This document shows, piece after piece, positions 39,820 to 55,699 of a stretch of DNA of 64,000 nucleotides. A model generated the notes under the pieces. The model did no database searches. It saw only the letters and a list, made by a program, of their open reading frames with translations, and was not told where the DNA came from. Positions within the stretch are counted from its first letter, which is position 1. Each line of letters opens with the position of its first letter. The position numbers were made by a program, and so were the translations under genes. Source of the stretch: Sedimentisphaerales bacterium (lineage in GTDB: Bacteria; Planctomycetota; Phycisphaerae; Sedimentisphaerales; Anaerobacaceae); NCBI GenBank assembly GCA_040772485.1, contig JAXGYC010000007.1:1024001-1088000 (forward strand), read 5' to 3'.

Positions 39820-42045
39820 TCACGGATGCCGCTGCTTGACCTTCTGGTACTCGAGAAAATCGACGTACTGCCCCATCTGGAGTGCGACGTCGCGCCGGCC
39901 GAGTTCCTTCAGAAGCGCAATGTGTCTGCGAACCACAGAAATCGCCTCCTCATAGCGATGCTGGTTCTCCAGCAACCTGGCCAGCCTCTCGTAATGGGCA
40001 AGGTTCTTCGGCTCCAGGACCATTGCCCGGTCGAAGGCCTCGCAAGCCGCTTTGAGGTCGCCGGCCCGCGCCAGCACGTCGCCGAGCCGATCCCACGAAA
40101 CAACAGAGTTCGGGTTTCGCTCCAGATCGATGCGAAACCACTTCGCCGCCTCGGCCAGGTGCGTCCGGGCCTCTGCCTTTTCGCCCGTCTTCTGCAGTGC
40201 GATGGCCAGATTCCGGTGGGCGCAAGCAAGCGCCATTTTCTGCGGCCCGGCATTCTCCCCGCCGGCGACCGCGTTTTGGAGAGCCTCGATGGCCCCCGCC
40301 CAGTCGTCCTGAGCCAGTCTGACGGCACCGACCCGGCTCCAGGCCTCGATCGCCACGGACGCATCGAGTTGGGCGGCTCGTTGATATCGCTGTGCGCTCT
40401 CGCCATAGTGCCGCTGCGCCCAAAGCTGTTCGGCCTCTCGAAGACATCGACGGGCCAGTCGCCACCGGGCGCCCTGCCGGACGACAGGGGCCACGAGATC
40501 CTCCACCGGCGCGTAGTCATCGGTCAGCACCAGGCGGGAACTTCCCGCGTGAATGCGTGTGACATCCGACTCGTCGAGCAGCCGGAATGCCATGTGTCGG
40601 TCGAAGCCCTCCAGCAACCGTCTTGCATCACATGCATGCTGCGCGGCGAAAACCACAAAGGAACTCAAAGCCGACTGCCGGCTCAGCGGTTCTCCAATGA
40701 CCTCGACATGCGAGAATGTCTGCCGCAGCGTCCCGACCAGGGCGCCAAGAAGGCGGCCGCCTTCGCACGTATCGACCAGGGCCAGCATGTATGCACCGTC
40801 CTCGGCCAGAAGGCCGGCGACCTTCTCGTGGAACTCCTGCGTCACCAACTGGAACGGGACAGACTCGCTGCCGACCGCATCGGCGAAAATGAAATCATAC
40901 GGCCTCGGCGACTGGCCTGCTTCCCGTTCGCGCGCCAACTGCTCCACGCCGTAACGCACGTCCATGTGGACGGTCTCGATCCCCATCCCCTCTTTGAGGT
41001 CGAGGGCCTGTCGCGCTGCGCCCGTAACACCCGCGTCAATCTCGACGACGTTCACCCGAGCCTCGGGCCAGACCGTCGCGAGATATTGCGGGAAGGCATA
41101 ACCTCCGCTGCCCAGGACCAGCATCGACGGCGCGCTCTTGCCCTCTGCCACACCGTGTGTCAGGGCCGCGAAGACGTTCGTGTGGAAATCGTGCAGTCGC
41201 GTGACCTCGCCGATTACGAACTCGGTGCGGCCGATCCTGTCGCGCAGAAGCGACCGTCGGTTGGGCCGATCGGACATCCGCCGGACAGCGATATGACCGT
41301 ATGGCGTCTCGTCCTCGTAGATCACGTTCGGATCGCGCGCCTCGCGAAGACAAACGCCCACGCCGACTTCGCGCGCCCACTCCGCGGGTCCCATACCCAT
41401 CACCCCCAGCGTTGCGAACACCATTGCCCACAGGCACAGCGCCCAGCAACTGGTCCAGTAGAGCAGCGCCATGCCCAGCAGGGCGGCGCCGATGAGCCAA
41501 ACGATCGCGGTGCAGCCATAGCTGGGAACCAGGTAGAATGCCGTCAGAGACATTCCGACGATGCTGCCGGCGGCACCCCACGCACAGAGGACCCCTGCCG
41601 CACGACCGAGGGTCGGCCCGGCGTTCAGCGCCATCTTCGCGAGGACCGGGATAACAGCGCCCAGAAGCAGCGACGGAATGAGGAACACCGCGGAAACGTG
41701 CAGGAGAACGTGACAGGGCCAACTCAGTTGCCACGGCCACAACCAGTGGTTTGCCAGGTTGTTGAGCACGATGGCGGCGACGCACGCCGCAGAAGACAAA
41801 CCGAACAGAACCGCCAGAGTCCGCCGGACGTGGAAGCGGTCGGCGAAGCGACCGCCGAGATAGCCGCCCAAGACCAGTCCCGCCAGAAGGACGCCGAAGA
41901 CCGAGGTCCACGTATACAGCGATGTCCCCAGGCTGCTGCTTGCCAGCCGCGTCGCGACCAATCCGAAGGCCGTGACGCAGCCGCCCACGAGAAAAGCGGT
42001 TGCGCCCGGAACGAAGAGCCGCAGTACATCCCTGAGTCTGCCCAT
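39820..42045 (-). CDS. fused membrane domain / spermidine-synthase-like SAM-binding domain / TPR protein
   Basis: About 7 TM segments, LVLGSGG, VVEID, DFIFADA, LTDDYAPVE, then TPRs. The start may be 42060. Confidence 0.85.
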   Translation of the reverse strand: MGRLRDVLRLFVPGATAFLVGGCVTAFGLVATRLASSSLGTSLYTWTSVFGVLLAGLVLGGYLGGRFADRFHVRRTLAVLFGLSSAACVAAIVLNNLANHWLWPWQLSWPCHVLLHVSAVFLIPSLLLGAVIPVLAKMALNAGPTLGRAAGVLCAWGAAGSIVGMSLTAFYLVPSYGCTAIVWLIGAALLGMALLYWTSCWALCLWAMVFATLGVMGMGPAEWAREVGVGVCLREARDPNVIYEDETPYGHIAVRRMSDRPNRRSLLRDRIGRTEFVIGEVTRLHDFHTNVFAALTHGVAEGKSAPSMLVLGSGGYAFPQYLATVWPEARVNVVEIDAGVTGAARQALDLKEGMGIETVHMDVRYGVEQLAREREAGQSPRPYDFIFADAVGSESVPFQLVTQEFHEKVAGLLAEDGAYMLALVDTCEGGRLLGALVGTLRQTFSHVEVIGEPLSRQSALSSFVVFAAQHACDARRLLEGFDRHMAFRLLDESDVTRIHAGSSRLVLTDDYAPVEDLVAPVVRQGARWRLARRCLREAEQLWAQRHYGESAQRYQRAAQLDASVAIEAWSRVGAVRLAQDDWAGAIEALQNAVAGGENAGPQKMALACAHRNLAIALQKTGEKAEARTHLAEAAKWFRIDLERNPNSVVSWDRLGDVLARAGDLKAACEAFDRAMVLEPKNLAHYERLARLLENQHRYEEAISVVRRHIALLKELGRRDVALQMGQYVDFLEYQKVKQRHP

Positions 42046-42078
42046 GCCTCTGTTTCTCATCCTTCGGAGCAAAACCGG

Positions 42079-42107
42079 AGTATAGCAGAGACCGCAGACG
42101 CTGACAA
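42079..42107 (-). promoter_or_regulatory. sigma70-type promoter
   Basis: TTGTCA-N17-TATACT with an extended TG. Confidence 0.7.
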
Positions 42108-42130
42108 GGCGAGCGTGCAGACGCATCAAC

Positions 42131-43585
42131 CTATGGCTGGACTTGTACGATCATCCGGCGGTAACTGTATAGACTCGGCTGCCCGTCGTCCACCACCTCC
42201 AGGATGACGTGAATCGTCCGGGGCGAGCTTGCGTTTGGAACGACCAGGCGAGCCTGAGGCGTTGCGTGCTTTTCGATCTCCACAGGCCCCCGGTGAGTGC
42301 CGGCCTCTTCGTATACGAACCAGCGATACGCCAGGGCATCTCCGTCGGGATCGTGCGTTCCCGCCGCATCGAGCAACACGCTCTGCCCCGGACGGACGAC
42401 CATGTGCACGACTGCCTGGCTCTCGTCGTCGGCAACCACGACCACCGGGTTGTGGTTGGCCCTCTCGAAGCGATCCGCCACACACCAGTCCATCCGGGCC
42501 GCGAAGTCGTGCTGATACGCCCGGCGCCACCGCCAGATCGTGGCCTGAGCCGTCGTATAGGAAACCCCGTTGTCCGCGACAACCGTATCCTGACAACCTT
42601 CGGCGTTGGTCCAGATGGGGCGCGTCTCGCCGTAGCAGGCGTACAGCACGTAGCGCCCACCCCATCCCCCGTACGCGGGACTGACGTCGCCGCCCAATCC
42701 GTTGCCGATCAGGTTGAAGAAGGACGGCGTATCCCCTTCCATGATGTACTCCAGACGTGGATAGAGGGCGCCGAGAGGACCGTGGCCCCGAATGATGTTC
42801 TCTTCCAGCCAGGGGTTGTCCACCAGATCGAACGCGTGCATCGGCCCGTTCCGGTACCGGCGGTCGCCCGATATGCCGGTCCACGTCGCCTTGTAGTACT
42901 CGCGATAGTCGACCGTGCTCGGCGTGACGATGTAGAACAGCGCCGGAAACGTCGCGCGCAGCCAGCGGCCGGAGTCGTCCTGATCGGAGATCGTGTATAC
43001 GCGAAGCTTCGACACAAAGGCATTCAGGTCTGCCTCGGAGCGCTCGCTTTTCACGTCCCACAGGGCCTGCGCCAGGCAGTTGGCCCCTCCCCAGACGCTG
43101 ATCCAGACCGGCCGCGGGTCGGGCCGATCCACCACCTCGATGATGTGGCGCGAGCCTTCGGAACTGCGACCCGGCCCTACGCCTTCCATGCCGAAAACGG
43201 GCCGGCCCGACTTGGTGACACTGCGGAGATGCTCGGCGGCGGGATACCCCGACGCGTGGCGAAGAAGGTTCTCTCGCACCCGGCCGAAAGCCTCGACGCG
43301 CTCGCGAATCTTGTCGGGCCGCACTTTGTCGCGTAACCAGACCGATGTCGTCGCAATCACGCCCTCCACGTCGAACTCGTTCGAGTACACCAGGAAGCGA
43401 ACCATCGACTGTTCATCGTCCGGCTCGTTGGTGATGTCCGTCAGCACGATGACTCGCGGCTTCTCGCGTGGCTCGAAACGCACTTCGGCCTCCGTCGCGC
43501 GGCCCGGAGCGATCAAGCCCAGCACCGGCAGGACAAAACCCACAAATCCCACGGCAGTTCGATCTATCGATATCCGAGTTTCCAT
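42131..43585 (-). CDS. DUF1593 / nucleoside-hydrolase-like secreted protein with a C-terminal PKD-like domain
   Basis: VLTDITNEPDDEQSMVRFLVY, WGGAN, EGDTPSF, GGWGGRY, DFAARMDW. Confidence 0.85.
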   Translation of the reverse strand: METRISIDRTAVGFVGFVLPVLGLIAPGRATEAEVRFEPREKPRVIVLTDITNEPDDEQSMVRFLVYSNEFDVEGVIATTSVWLRDKVRPDKIRERVEAFGRVRENLLRHASGYPAAEHLRSVTKSGRPVFGMEGVGPGRSSEGSRHIIEVVDRPDPRPVWISVWGGANCLAQALWDVKSERSEADLNAFVSKLRVYTISDQDDSGRWLRATFPALFYIVTPSTVDYREYYKATWTGISGDRRYRNGPMHAFDLVDNPWLEENIIRGHGPLGALYPRLEYIMEGDTPSFFNLIGNGLGGDVSPAYGGWGGRYVLYACYGETRPIWTNAEGCQDTVVADNGVSYTTAQATIWRWRRAYQHDFAARMDWCVADRFERANHNPVVVVADDESQAVVHMVVRPGQSVLLDAAGTHDPDGDALAYRWFVYEEAGTHRGPVEIEKHATPQARLVVPNASSPRTIHVILEVVDDGQPSLYSYRRMIVQVQP

Positions 43586-43853
43586 TTGTCTGCTCCCGTA
43601 TCCCATACCGGGTGGTTCGGACCCGCGGCGGCACGAGCCGTCGTGAGATGCTGCGTCCATGCCGCGTGTAGCCGCCGTCTGTGTTTGCGGCGAAGGCCCC
43701 GGCGCCTTCTTTCTACCCACGCAGGCACTTCCGTGCAACCGGCAGCCACAGAATCCCAGGTTGCCCATCCACACATCGCGCTCCGCGTGCCGTCGGTTCG
43801 TACGCGGAGATCGCACGCCAGGGTGACATCGGCGTCCACTCGCGACGGAAAGG

Positions 43854-43882
43854 TTGCATTCGCCCGGACCTTCTCCTATACT
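43854..43882 (+). promoter_or_regulatory. sigma70-type promoter of the glgE operon
   Basis: TTGCAT-N17-TATACT. Confidence 0.65.
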
Positions 43883-43919
43883 GAGCATGGCCCATAACAA
43901 CGAATCAGGAATCTCCAGC

Positions 43920-45953
43920 GTGAACCGACATCGACCGAACCCAAACACCTCTTCGTGCGTGACGATAATCGTGGACCGTGACGGCAGAAGACGCGTGGTG
44001 ATCGACACCGTGCGTCCGCAGGTCGATGAAGGACGCTTCGCGATCAAGCGGTCGCTTGGTGAGACCGTGGCGGTGCGGGCGGACGTCTTCGCCGATGGGC
44101 ACGACCGCATCCGCGTCGAGTTGTTGTACCGGGGTCCTGGCCAGGAATCCTGGACCGTCCAACCGATGACTCATCGCGTCAACGACGAGTGGGTGGCAGG
44201 TTTCGCGGTCACCCAACTGGGCGATTATCTCTACACGGTTCGCGGCTGGGTGGACCCCTTCGCAACGTGGCAGGCAAGTCTGGCCAGACGAGCGGAAACG
44301 AATCAGGACGTCGGGGTCGAATTGCGGATCGGTATCGAGATGCTCGGGGCCATGGCGAAACGAGCCGGCCGATCCGATGCCGAAGCGATCAGGAACCAGG
44401 TCCGGCGTCTGCGTTCGGCCAGACAAGTCTGCACGGCGGTCCGGATTGCGCTGAGCGACGAACTGACGGCGCTGGTGGCCAGGTACCCTGACCGATCGCT
44501 CGCCAGCGTGTACGACAAGGAATTGGCGGTCATCGTGGACCGGCCGAAAGCGGTGTTCAGCGCATGGTACGAACTGTTTCCCCGTTCGTTCGGTCGAGCC
44601 GGCCGGCACGGGACCTTCCGCGACTGCGAGCGGCTCGTGCCGGAGATCGCGCGGATGGGGTTCGACGTGCTGTACCTGCCTCCGATCCATCCGATCGGGC
44701 AAACGCATCGCAAGGGCCGCAACAACGCCACCGCCTGCACGTCAGCGGACCCCGGCTGCCCGTGGGCCATCGGCAGCGCCGAAGGAGGCCACACCGCCGT
44801 CGCCGGCGAATTGGGAACGCTGAGCAGCTTTCGCCGCCTGGTCGAGAAGGCCGGCGAGCACGGACTGGAAATCGCCATGGACCTGGCCTTTCAATGCTCG
44901 CCCGACCATCCCTATGTGCAATCCCATCCGGAGTGGTTTCGCCGGCGGCCGGATGGAACCGTGCAGTTCGCCGAGAACCCGCCGAAGAGATATGAGGACA
45001 TCATTCCGCTGGACTTCGAGACGCCGCACTGGAGAACGCTCTGGGAGGAGCTGCGCGATGTCGTGCTCTTCTGGATCGACCAGGGTGTGCGCATCTTCCG
45101 CGCGGACAACCCGCACACCAAGCCGTTCGGCTTCTGGGAGTGGCTGATCGACGAGGTCCGCCGGCGTCACCCCGACGTCCTGTTCCTGGCGGAGGCGTTC
45201 ACGCGGCCCAAGGTCATGCAGCGTCTGGCGAAGGTCGGCTTCAATCAGTCGTATACCTACTTCGCGTGGCGCAATACGAAATGGGAGCTGGAGCACTATA
45301 TCCGGGAGCTGACGCAGACCGAGGTCGCCGAGTACATGCGTCCGAACTTCTGGCCCAACACCCCCGACATCCTGCCGCAGTACCTCCAATACGGCGGCCG
45401 AGCGGCGTTTATCATTCGCCTGGTTCTGGCCGCGACGCTGTCGTCCAGCTACGGCATCTACGGCCCGGCCTTCGAACTGTGCGTCACCGAAGCCATCGAG
45501 GGAGCAGAGGAGTATCTCGATTCGGAGAAGTACGAGATCAGGAGGTGGGACTGGAATCGCGAAGGCAACATCCGCGAGGTCGTCGCGCGTCTCAACCGCA
45601 TTCGCCGGGCCAATCCCAGCCTCCAGCGATTTCGCAACATCCGTTTGTACGAGGTCCGGAACGAGAACCTGCTGTGTTACGGCAAGACCGGCGATGAGGC
45701 GGGCGATGTCACGGTGGTCATCGTGAACCTCGATCCGCACCACACGCAGTCGGGCCGGGTGCAACTGCCGCTGGATACCCTGGGCCTCGACCCACACCAG
45801 TCGTACCTGATGGACGATGCCCTGACAGGCAATACGTATGTCTGGCAAGGAGCAAGCAACTACATCGAGCTTGACCCTGACGTGATGCCCGCCTGCATCC
45901 TGCGTCTGCGACGCGCGTTGCGGCGGGAGATCGACGTCGAGTCCTCCGTCTGA
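43920..45953 (+). CDS. glgE: alpha-1,4-glucan:maltose-1-phosphate maltosyltransferase (start uncertain)
   Basis: WYELFPRS, YLPPIHPIG, ENPPK.YEDI, FRADNPHTKP, AEAFTRP, PNTPDIL. Confidence 0.93.
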   Translation: MNRHRPNPNTSSCVTIIVDRDGRRRVVIDTVRPQVDEGRFAIKRSLGETVAVRADVFADGHDRIRVELLYRGPGQESWTVQPMTHRVNDEWVAGFAVTQLGDYLYTVRGWVDPFATWQASLARRAETNQDVGVELRIGIEMLGAMAKRAGRSDAEAIRNQVRRLRSARQVCTAVRIALSDELTALVARYPDRSLASVYDKELAVIVDRPKAVFSAWYELFPRSFGRAGRHGTFRDCERLVPEIARMGFDVLYLPPIHPIGQTHRKGRNNATACTSADPGCPWAIGSAEGGHTAVAGELGTLSSFRRLVEKAGEHGLEIAMDLAFQCSPDHPYVQSHPEWFRRRPDGTVQFAENPPKRYEDIIPLDFETPHWRTLWEELRDVVLFWIDQGVRIFRADNPHTKPFGFWEWLIDEVRRRHPDVLFLAEAFTRPKVMQRLAKVGFNQSYTYFAWRNTKWELEHYIRELTQTEVAEYMRPNFWPNTPDILPQYLQYGGRAAFIIRLVLAATLSSSYGIYGPAFELCVTEAIEGAEEYLDSEKYEIRRWDWNREGNIREVVARLNRIRRANPSLQRFRNIRLYEVRNENLLCYGKTGDEAGDVTVVIVNLDPHHTQSGRVQLPLDTLGLDPHQSYLMDDALTGNTYVWQGASNYIELDPDVMPACILRLRRALRREIDVESSV

Positions 45954-45968
45954 CAGGAGCCACCGCCC

Positions 45969-49304
<3,336 letters not shown>

Positions 49305-49365
49305 TCCGCTGTTCGGGACGCCCGGTGGGATGACGTCCGCCGGACAGCGAATCCAGAGAGGTCTT

Positions 49366-51330
<1,965 letters not shown>

Positions 51331-51363
51331 CGGGACCATGTGCCTGCCGCGGCCCTATCGGGC

Positions 51364-52863
51364 CTACAGGCGACCGTAGGTTTCCGTCAGGTCTTTCAGT
51401 CTCGCCGCCAGGCGCGCGGTAAGCCGGCCGTCGCGCATCCGCCAGAACCAGTTGCCCGTCGATTTGGCAGGATAGTTCATTCGAGCCGAGGCGCCCAACG
51501 ACAGGACATCCTGCATCGGGACGATCGCCAGCTTGGCAATGGAGGCCATCGCCAGCCGCATCAGTTCCCAGGAGATCTCCTTGGCCGCGGACTTGTGGCC
51601 AAGATACTCGGAGAGACGTTTGCGCCGAGCCCCGTCCATTTCGTGGTCGAACCAGCCGCGCGTCGTGTTGTTGTCGTGCGTACCCGTATAGACGATCGCG
51701 TTGGGAATGTGGTTGTGCGGCATGTGAATGTTGCGCTTCGGATCGCCGCTGAAGGCAAATTGCAGCACCCGCATGCACGGGAACTCATACCGGGCGACCG
51801 TCTCCCGCACGTCGGGCGTGATGTGGCCAAGGTCCTCTGCGAAAATCGCTGCGAACGGAATCTGCCGGAACAGCGTGCCGAAGAAACTCTCGCTCGGCGC
51901 CTTGACCCACTTGCCGCGCGCGGCCGTCTTGTGGCCGGCAGGTACCTCCCAGTACGCCACCAGTCCACGGAAATGGTCGATCCGCACCAGGTCGAACAGC
52001 AGGAGATTGTGCCGGATCCGCTGCATCCACCACGCGAACCCGGTACGCTCGGAATAGTCCCAGTCGTACACCGGGTTGCCCCACAACTGACCGGTCTTGC
52101 TGAAATAATCCGGGGGCACCCCGCCGATGAACTTCGGCTTCTTGTCGGCTCTGAGCTTAAACACCTCGGGGTTCGACCAGACGTCGGCGCTGTCGTAGGC
52201 GACATAGATGGGCAGGTCCCCGATCACCTGCACGCCCTGCTCGTGCGCGTAGCGCTGCAGATCGAGGTATTGCCGATAAAACACATACTGGAGAAATCGC
52301 TCTCGTTCGATCGCTTCGGCGAGATCGGCCTTCATCGCATTGAGCGCCTTGGCCTTTCTGTCCCTCAAGGCCGCCGGCCAGTCGCACCAGGGGCGCCCCT
52401 TGAAATGCCTCTTGATCGCGACAAACGAGGCGAAGGGCTCCAGCCACACTTGATGCTCCGCACAGAACGGCTCATAATCGGCCGGCTGCGGCCGTTCCTG
52501 GAACCGTTGAAAGGCTCGCTCGAGCAGCTCGCGCTTGTACCGTTCGACCTTCGGGAAGTCAACCCTGTCGGCCGGAAACGATGGAGGGCCGGCGATCTCG
52601 CCACGCCGCAGCAAGCCGATCCGGTGCAACAGAACCGGACTGATTAACAGGGGGTTTCCCGCGAAGGCCGAGAAGCAGTTGTACGGCGAATGTCCCGTCC
52701 GGACGGTGGTGTGATTCAAAGGCAGAATCTGCCAGCAGTTCTGGCCGGCCTGCCTGAGGAAGTCGACGAAACGATACGTCGCCGGACCGAAATCGCCGAT
52801 GCCGAATTCCGAAGGCACCGACGTGATGTGCATCAGGATACCGCTGGATCGCTGTTTGAGCAT
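51364..52863 (-). CDS. malQ: 4-alpha-glucanotransferase (GH77)
   Basis: GVPPDYFS..GQLWGNP, RIDHFRG, AEDLG, YTGTHDN. Confidence 0.96.
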   Translation of the reverse strand: MLKQRSSGILMHITSVPSEFGIGDFGPATYRFVDFLRQAGQNCWQILPLNHTTVRTGHSPYNCFSAFAGNPLLISPVLLHRIGLLRRGEIAGPPSFPADRVDFPKVERYKRELLERAFQRFQERPQPADYEPFCAEHQVWLEPFASFVAIKRHFKGRPWCDWPAALRDRKAKALNAMKADLAEAIERERFLQYVFYRQYLDLQRYAHEQGVQVIGDLPIYVAYDSADVWSNPEVFKLRADKKPKFIGGVPPDYFSKTGQLWGNPVYDWDYSERTGFAWWMQRIRHNLLLFDLVRIDHFRGLVAYWEVPAGHKTAARGKWVKAPSESFFGTLFRQIPFAAIFAEDLGHITPDVRETVARYEFPCMRVLQFAFSGDPKRNIHMPHNHIPNAIVYTGTHDNNTTRGWFDHEMDGARRKRLSEYLGHKSAAKEISWELMRLAMASIAKLAIVPMQDVLSLGASARMNYPAKSTGNWFWRMRDGRLTARLAARLKDLTETYGRL

Positions 52864-52967
52864 GTTATAAACCTCGTCTGTCGGTTAATCAGAAATCGTT
52901 GGAGAACTGGCCACGGCATCGCCCCATCCACCCGCCCCGGTTTGCGTCCGGCCTGTATCCACCCGTT

Positions 52968-55397
52968 CTAAGGAATCGCCAGGCCGAGATGGTGCGCCAG
53001 GTTCCCGAAATGCTCGACCCACTTGGCCGCTTCTTCGTCGTTGGCCGCAGCACGCCGCTTCATCGCCGGCCACTTACGCTTGGCGATGTTGAAGAACACG
53101 TTCTGCGCGTTTTGCAGATCCAGCGTGGAGGTCAGCGTGCGAAGAATCTCCAGACTCTCCTCGATCGAGCAGAGCAGGTCCACGTCTTCGCTGCGTTCGG
53201 CCAGTTGATCCATCAGGTCGTTGATCCGGTGGCTGCCTTCGAAACTCAGGCGTTCCTTGTCCAGGCTCAGCGACAGGCGTTCCGCCTCGTCGGCGAGGTT
53301 GCGCAGACGATTCACGTCGATCGTCGCGGCCTGGATTTCCGCGCAGAGATCCTCGTTCAGGATGAACTCCGCCGGCGCCGACAACGCCTTGGGCAGCGGC
53401 ATGTTCATGTTGCGGATCATCTGCATGATCGCGTAATTGTGCTCGTAGATGTGCCGGAACGAACTCTCGATCTCCTCCCAGGTGCTTTCCAGAAGCTCGT
53501 GGAGGATCTGCCGCTGCGGGTCTTTGAACAGGTGTGTCAGCGAGTAGTTCTTTCCTCCGAAGACGACGTTCATCAGGCGCATCACCTCGTTGCTGTCGCT
53601 TCGACGAAACGCCTTGTTGAGATCCTGACGGACCGCATGGAACCCGTTGTCATCCATGCGCCCCCGCACGGTGGCGAACAGATTGTGATCGCCCAGATAG
53701 AAGACGACCAGATCGGCCGCATGCCGCTCGAAGGTGATGTTCGACCGAATCGTCACCCGGCCGGTGGTGAGAACCTGCATGCCGGCCTCTGCCCGGTCCA
53801 GGCCGTCCACGGTGGCCGTATAGCAGTAGATCTCCGTCGTCCGTTCGCGGGCCTCCTCGAACACCGAACTGAGCGCAAAGTGCGCCGCCACCCGGTTCAG
53901 GTCGATGCGCGCCGGTTCGACAAAGGCCTCATAGACCTCGCGCCCGTTGGTAAACGGCCGAACGTTGGCGGGAGCATGTTGCAGCATCTCCTTGAACTGC
54001 GGCACGAGGTCCCAGCCCTGCACCTCCTGGCACAACTGCATCGACCGGGCCGCGTACTGCATCACCTGCACCGTCTCGATCCCGGCGATGTTGTCGAAGA
54101 ACCATCCGCAACTCGTGTACATCAGCAAAGCGTGCCGCTGCATCTCCAGGAGCTTGAGGAATATCACCTTTTCCTCCAGGGGCAGCGCCCGTCCGGTCGA
54201 CTGGGTGATGAAGTCCTCGACGTTTTCCTGCGAGCGATCGTTGATCGCGGCGATGTACTCGTTACGCAGCTTCCATGGATCGGCGTGGTATCTCGACATG
54301 CGATCCTGATACACCTCCGCCTGCTTGTCGCGGACCCAATCCATGGCCTGTCGCAAGGGGGCGCGCCACTGCTGCTTTCCCGAATTGGCCTGGTCGGCGG
54401 CACAGCCGCAGTTGCTCTTCCACCGCTCGACCCCGTGCGCGCAGCTCCAGGAGCTGTTCTCCCAGATCTCCACCTCCTGGTCCGGCGGAAACTTCTCCAG
54501 GTACTCGCCATAGATCGTGATTTTCGCCAGGCTGTTGCTCTCGATATGGTGAATGCAGTAGGCCAGCGCCATGTCGCCGTGACGGTGGTGATGCCCGAAC
54601 GATTCCCCGTCCGTCGCTACGTGCACCAGACGCGGGCCATCGCCGTCGGAGGGAAATGCGCCGATGAGCCGCGAGGCGAAGTTGGTGCCGCTGTGAAGAA
54701 GGCCGCCGTAGGCGATGTCATGCGAAGCCGGACCGCTGTAGAAGAACAGCACGATCTGTTTGCCGGAAGGAAGGACGCAGATGTAGGGAACGCTCGTGTC
54801 GAGATCGTTCTCGTTGACGTCTTTCCATCGGCGCGCGCCCACCTTGCGGACCCGCTTGGCCTGCCGCGGCGCCAGAATCGTGAACTTGATCCCGTGCTCG
54901 GCCAGCACCTCCAGCGACGGCAGGTCCGCCGCCGTCTCGGCCAGCCACATGCCCTCCGGCGCCCGCTGGAACCGCTGCTTGAAATCCTGGATGCCCCAGA
55001 TGACCTGCGTGTGCTTGTCCCGGGTGTTCGACAGGGGCAGGATCATGTGGTTGTACGCCTGCGCCAGGGCGCTGCCGTGCCCGGAGAAGCGTTCCCGGCT
55101 GTTCCGATCGGCCTGGAGGATGCTCTCGTAGACGTCCGGGGCATGGGTTTCGAGCCAGGACAGCAGCGTCGGCCCGAAATTGAAGCTCATACGCTCGTAG
55201 TTGCTGACGATGTCGACGATTTTGCGATCGGGACCCAGGATCCGCGAGGCGGCGTTCTGTCGATAGCACTCCTCGGTGATCCGCGCATTCCAGTCATGGT
55301 AGGGATAGGCCGAATCCTGTAACTCCACGTCCTCCAGCCATGCGTTCTCACGCGGCGGCTGGTAGAAATGGCCGTGTATGCAGACATATTTATCCAT
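52968..55397 (-). CDS. GH57 family protein with DUF3536 C-terminus
   Basis: HGHFYQPPRENAW, GMWLAET, ATDGESFGHH, SWSCAHGVERW, MYTSCGWFF. Confidence 0.9.
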   Translation of the reverse strand: MDKYVCIHGHFYQPPRENAWLEDVELQDSAYPYHDWNARITEECYRQNAASRILGPDRKIVDIVSNYERMSFNFGPTLLSWLETHAPDVYESILQADRNSRERFSGHGSALAQAYNHMILPLSNTRDKHTQVIWGIQDFKQRFQRAPEGMWLAETAADLPSLEVLAEHGIKFTILAPRQAKRVRKVGARRWKDVNENDLDTSVPYICVLPSGKQIVLFFYSGPASHDIAYGGLLHSGTNFASRLIGAFPSDGDGPRLVHVATDGESFGHHHRHGDMALAYCIHHIESNSLAKITIYGEYLEKFPPDQEVEIWENSSWSCAHGVERWKSNCGCAADQANSGKQQWRAPLRQAMDWVRDKQAEVYQDRMSRYHADPWKLRNEYIAAINDRSQENVEDFITQSTGRALPLEEKVIFLKLLEMQRHALLMYTSCGWFFDNIAGIETVQVMQYAARSMQLCQEVQGWDLVPQFKEMLQHAPANVRPFTNGREVYEAFVEPARIDLNRVAAHFALSSVFEEARERTTEIYCYTATVDGLDRAEAGMQVLTTGRVTIRSNITFERHAADLVVFYLGDHNLFATVRGRMDDNGFHAVRQDLNKAFRRSDSNEVMRLMNVVFGGKNYSLTHLFKDPQRQILHELLESTWEEIESSFRHIYEHNYAIMQMIRNMNMPLPKALSAPAEFILNEDLCAEIQAATIDVNRLRNLADEAERLSLSLDKERLSFEGSHRINDLMDQLAERSEDVDLLCSIEESLEILRTLTSTLDLQNAQNVFFNIAKRKWPAMKRRAAANDEEAAKWVEHFGNLAHHLGLAIP

Positions 55398-55699
55398 CTA
55401 CGACCTCACACTGCACACTGCATCAGGCAGTGAATCAGTTCCAATCAGGGTCAGGCAGGCACCGTTCCTCACCTTGTCGCGAGGGGATGCACAGCCCGCC
55501 TGAACCGTTCGACTCGCGGCCGGTGCCGCACGAAACACGTGATAATAAGGCAACTTCCCCTGACAGGCAACCGCTCTGCCCAGATTGCCACCTGTCCGAA
55601 GTTGTCGCCATCCAGGCTCTTCGGTATTATCGTCATCTGGTGCTCTCGTGCTACAGCGCTTAAGACGCTCCCGGCAAAGATAATCTGGAGGTGACCGCC

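Noticed and set aside
43586..44110. N-terminal extension of the DUF1593 ORF
   Set aside because: It overlaps glgE and its promoter and reads as non-coding. The SD and hydrophobic signal fit a start at 43585.
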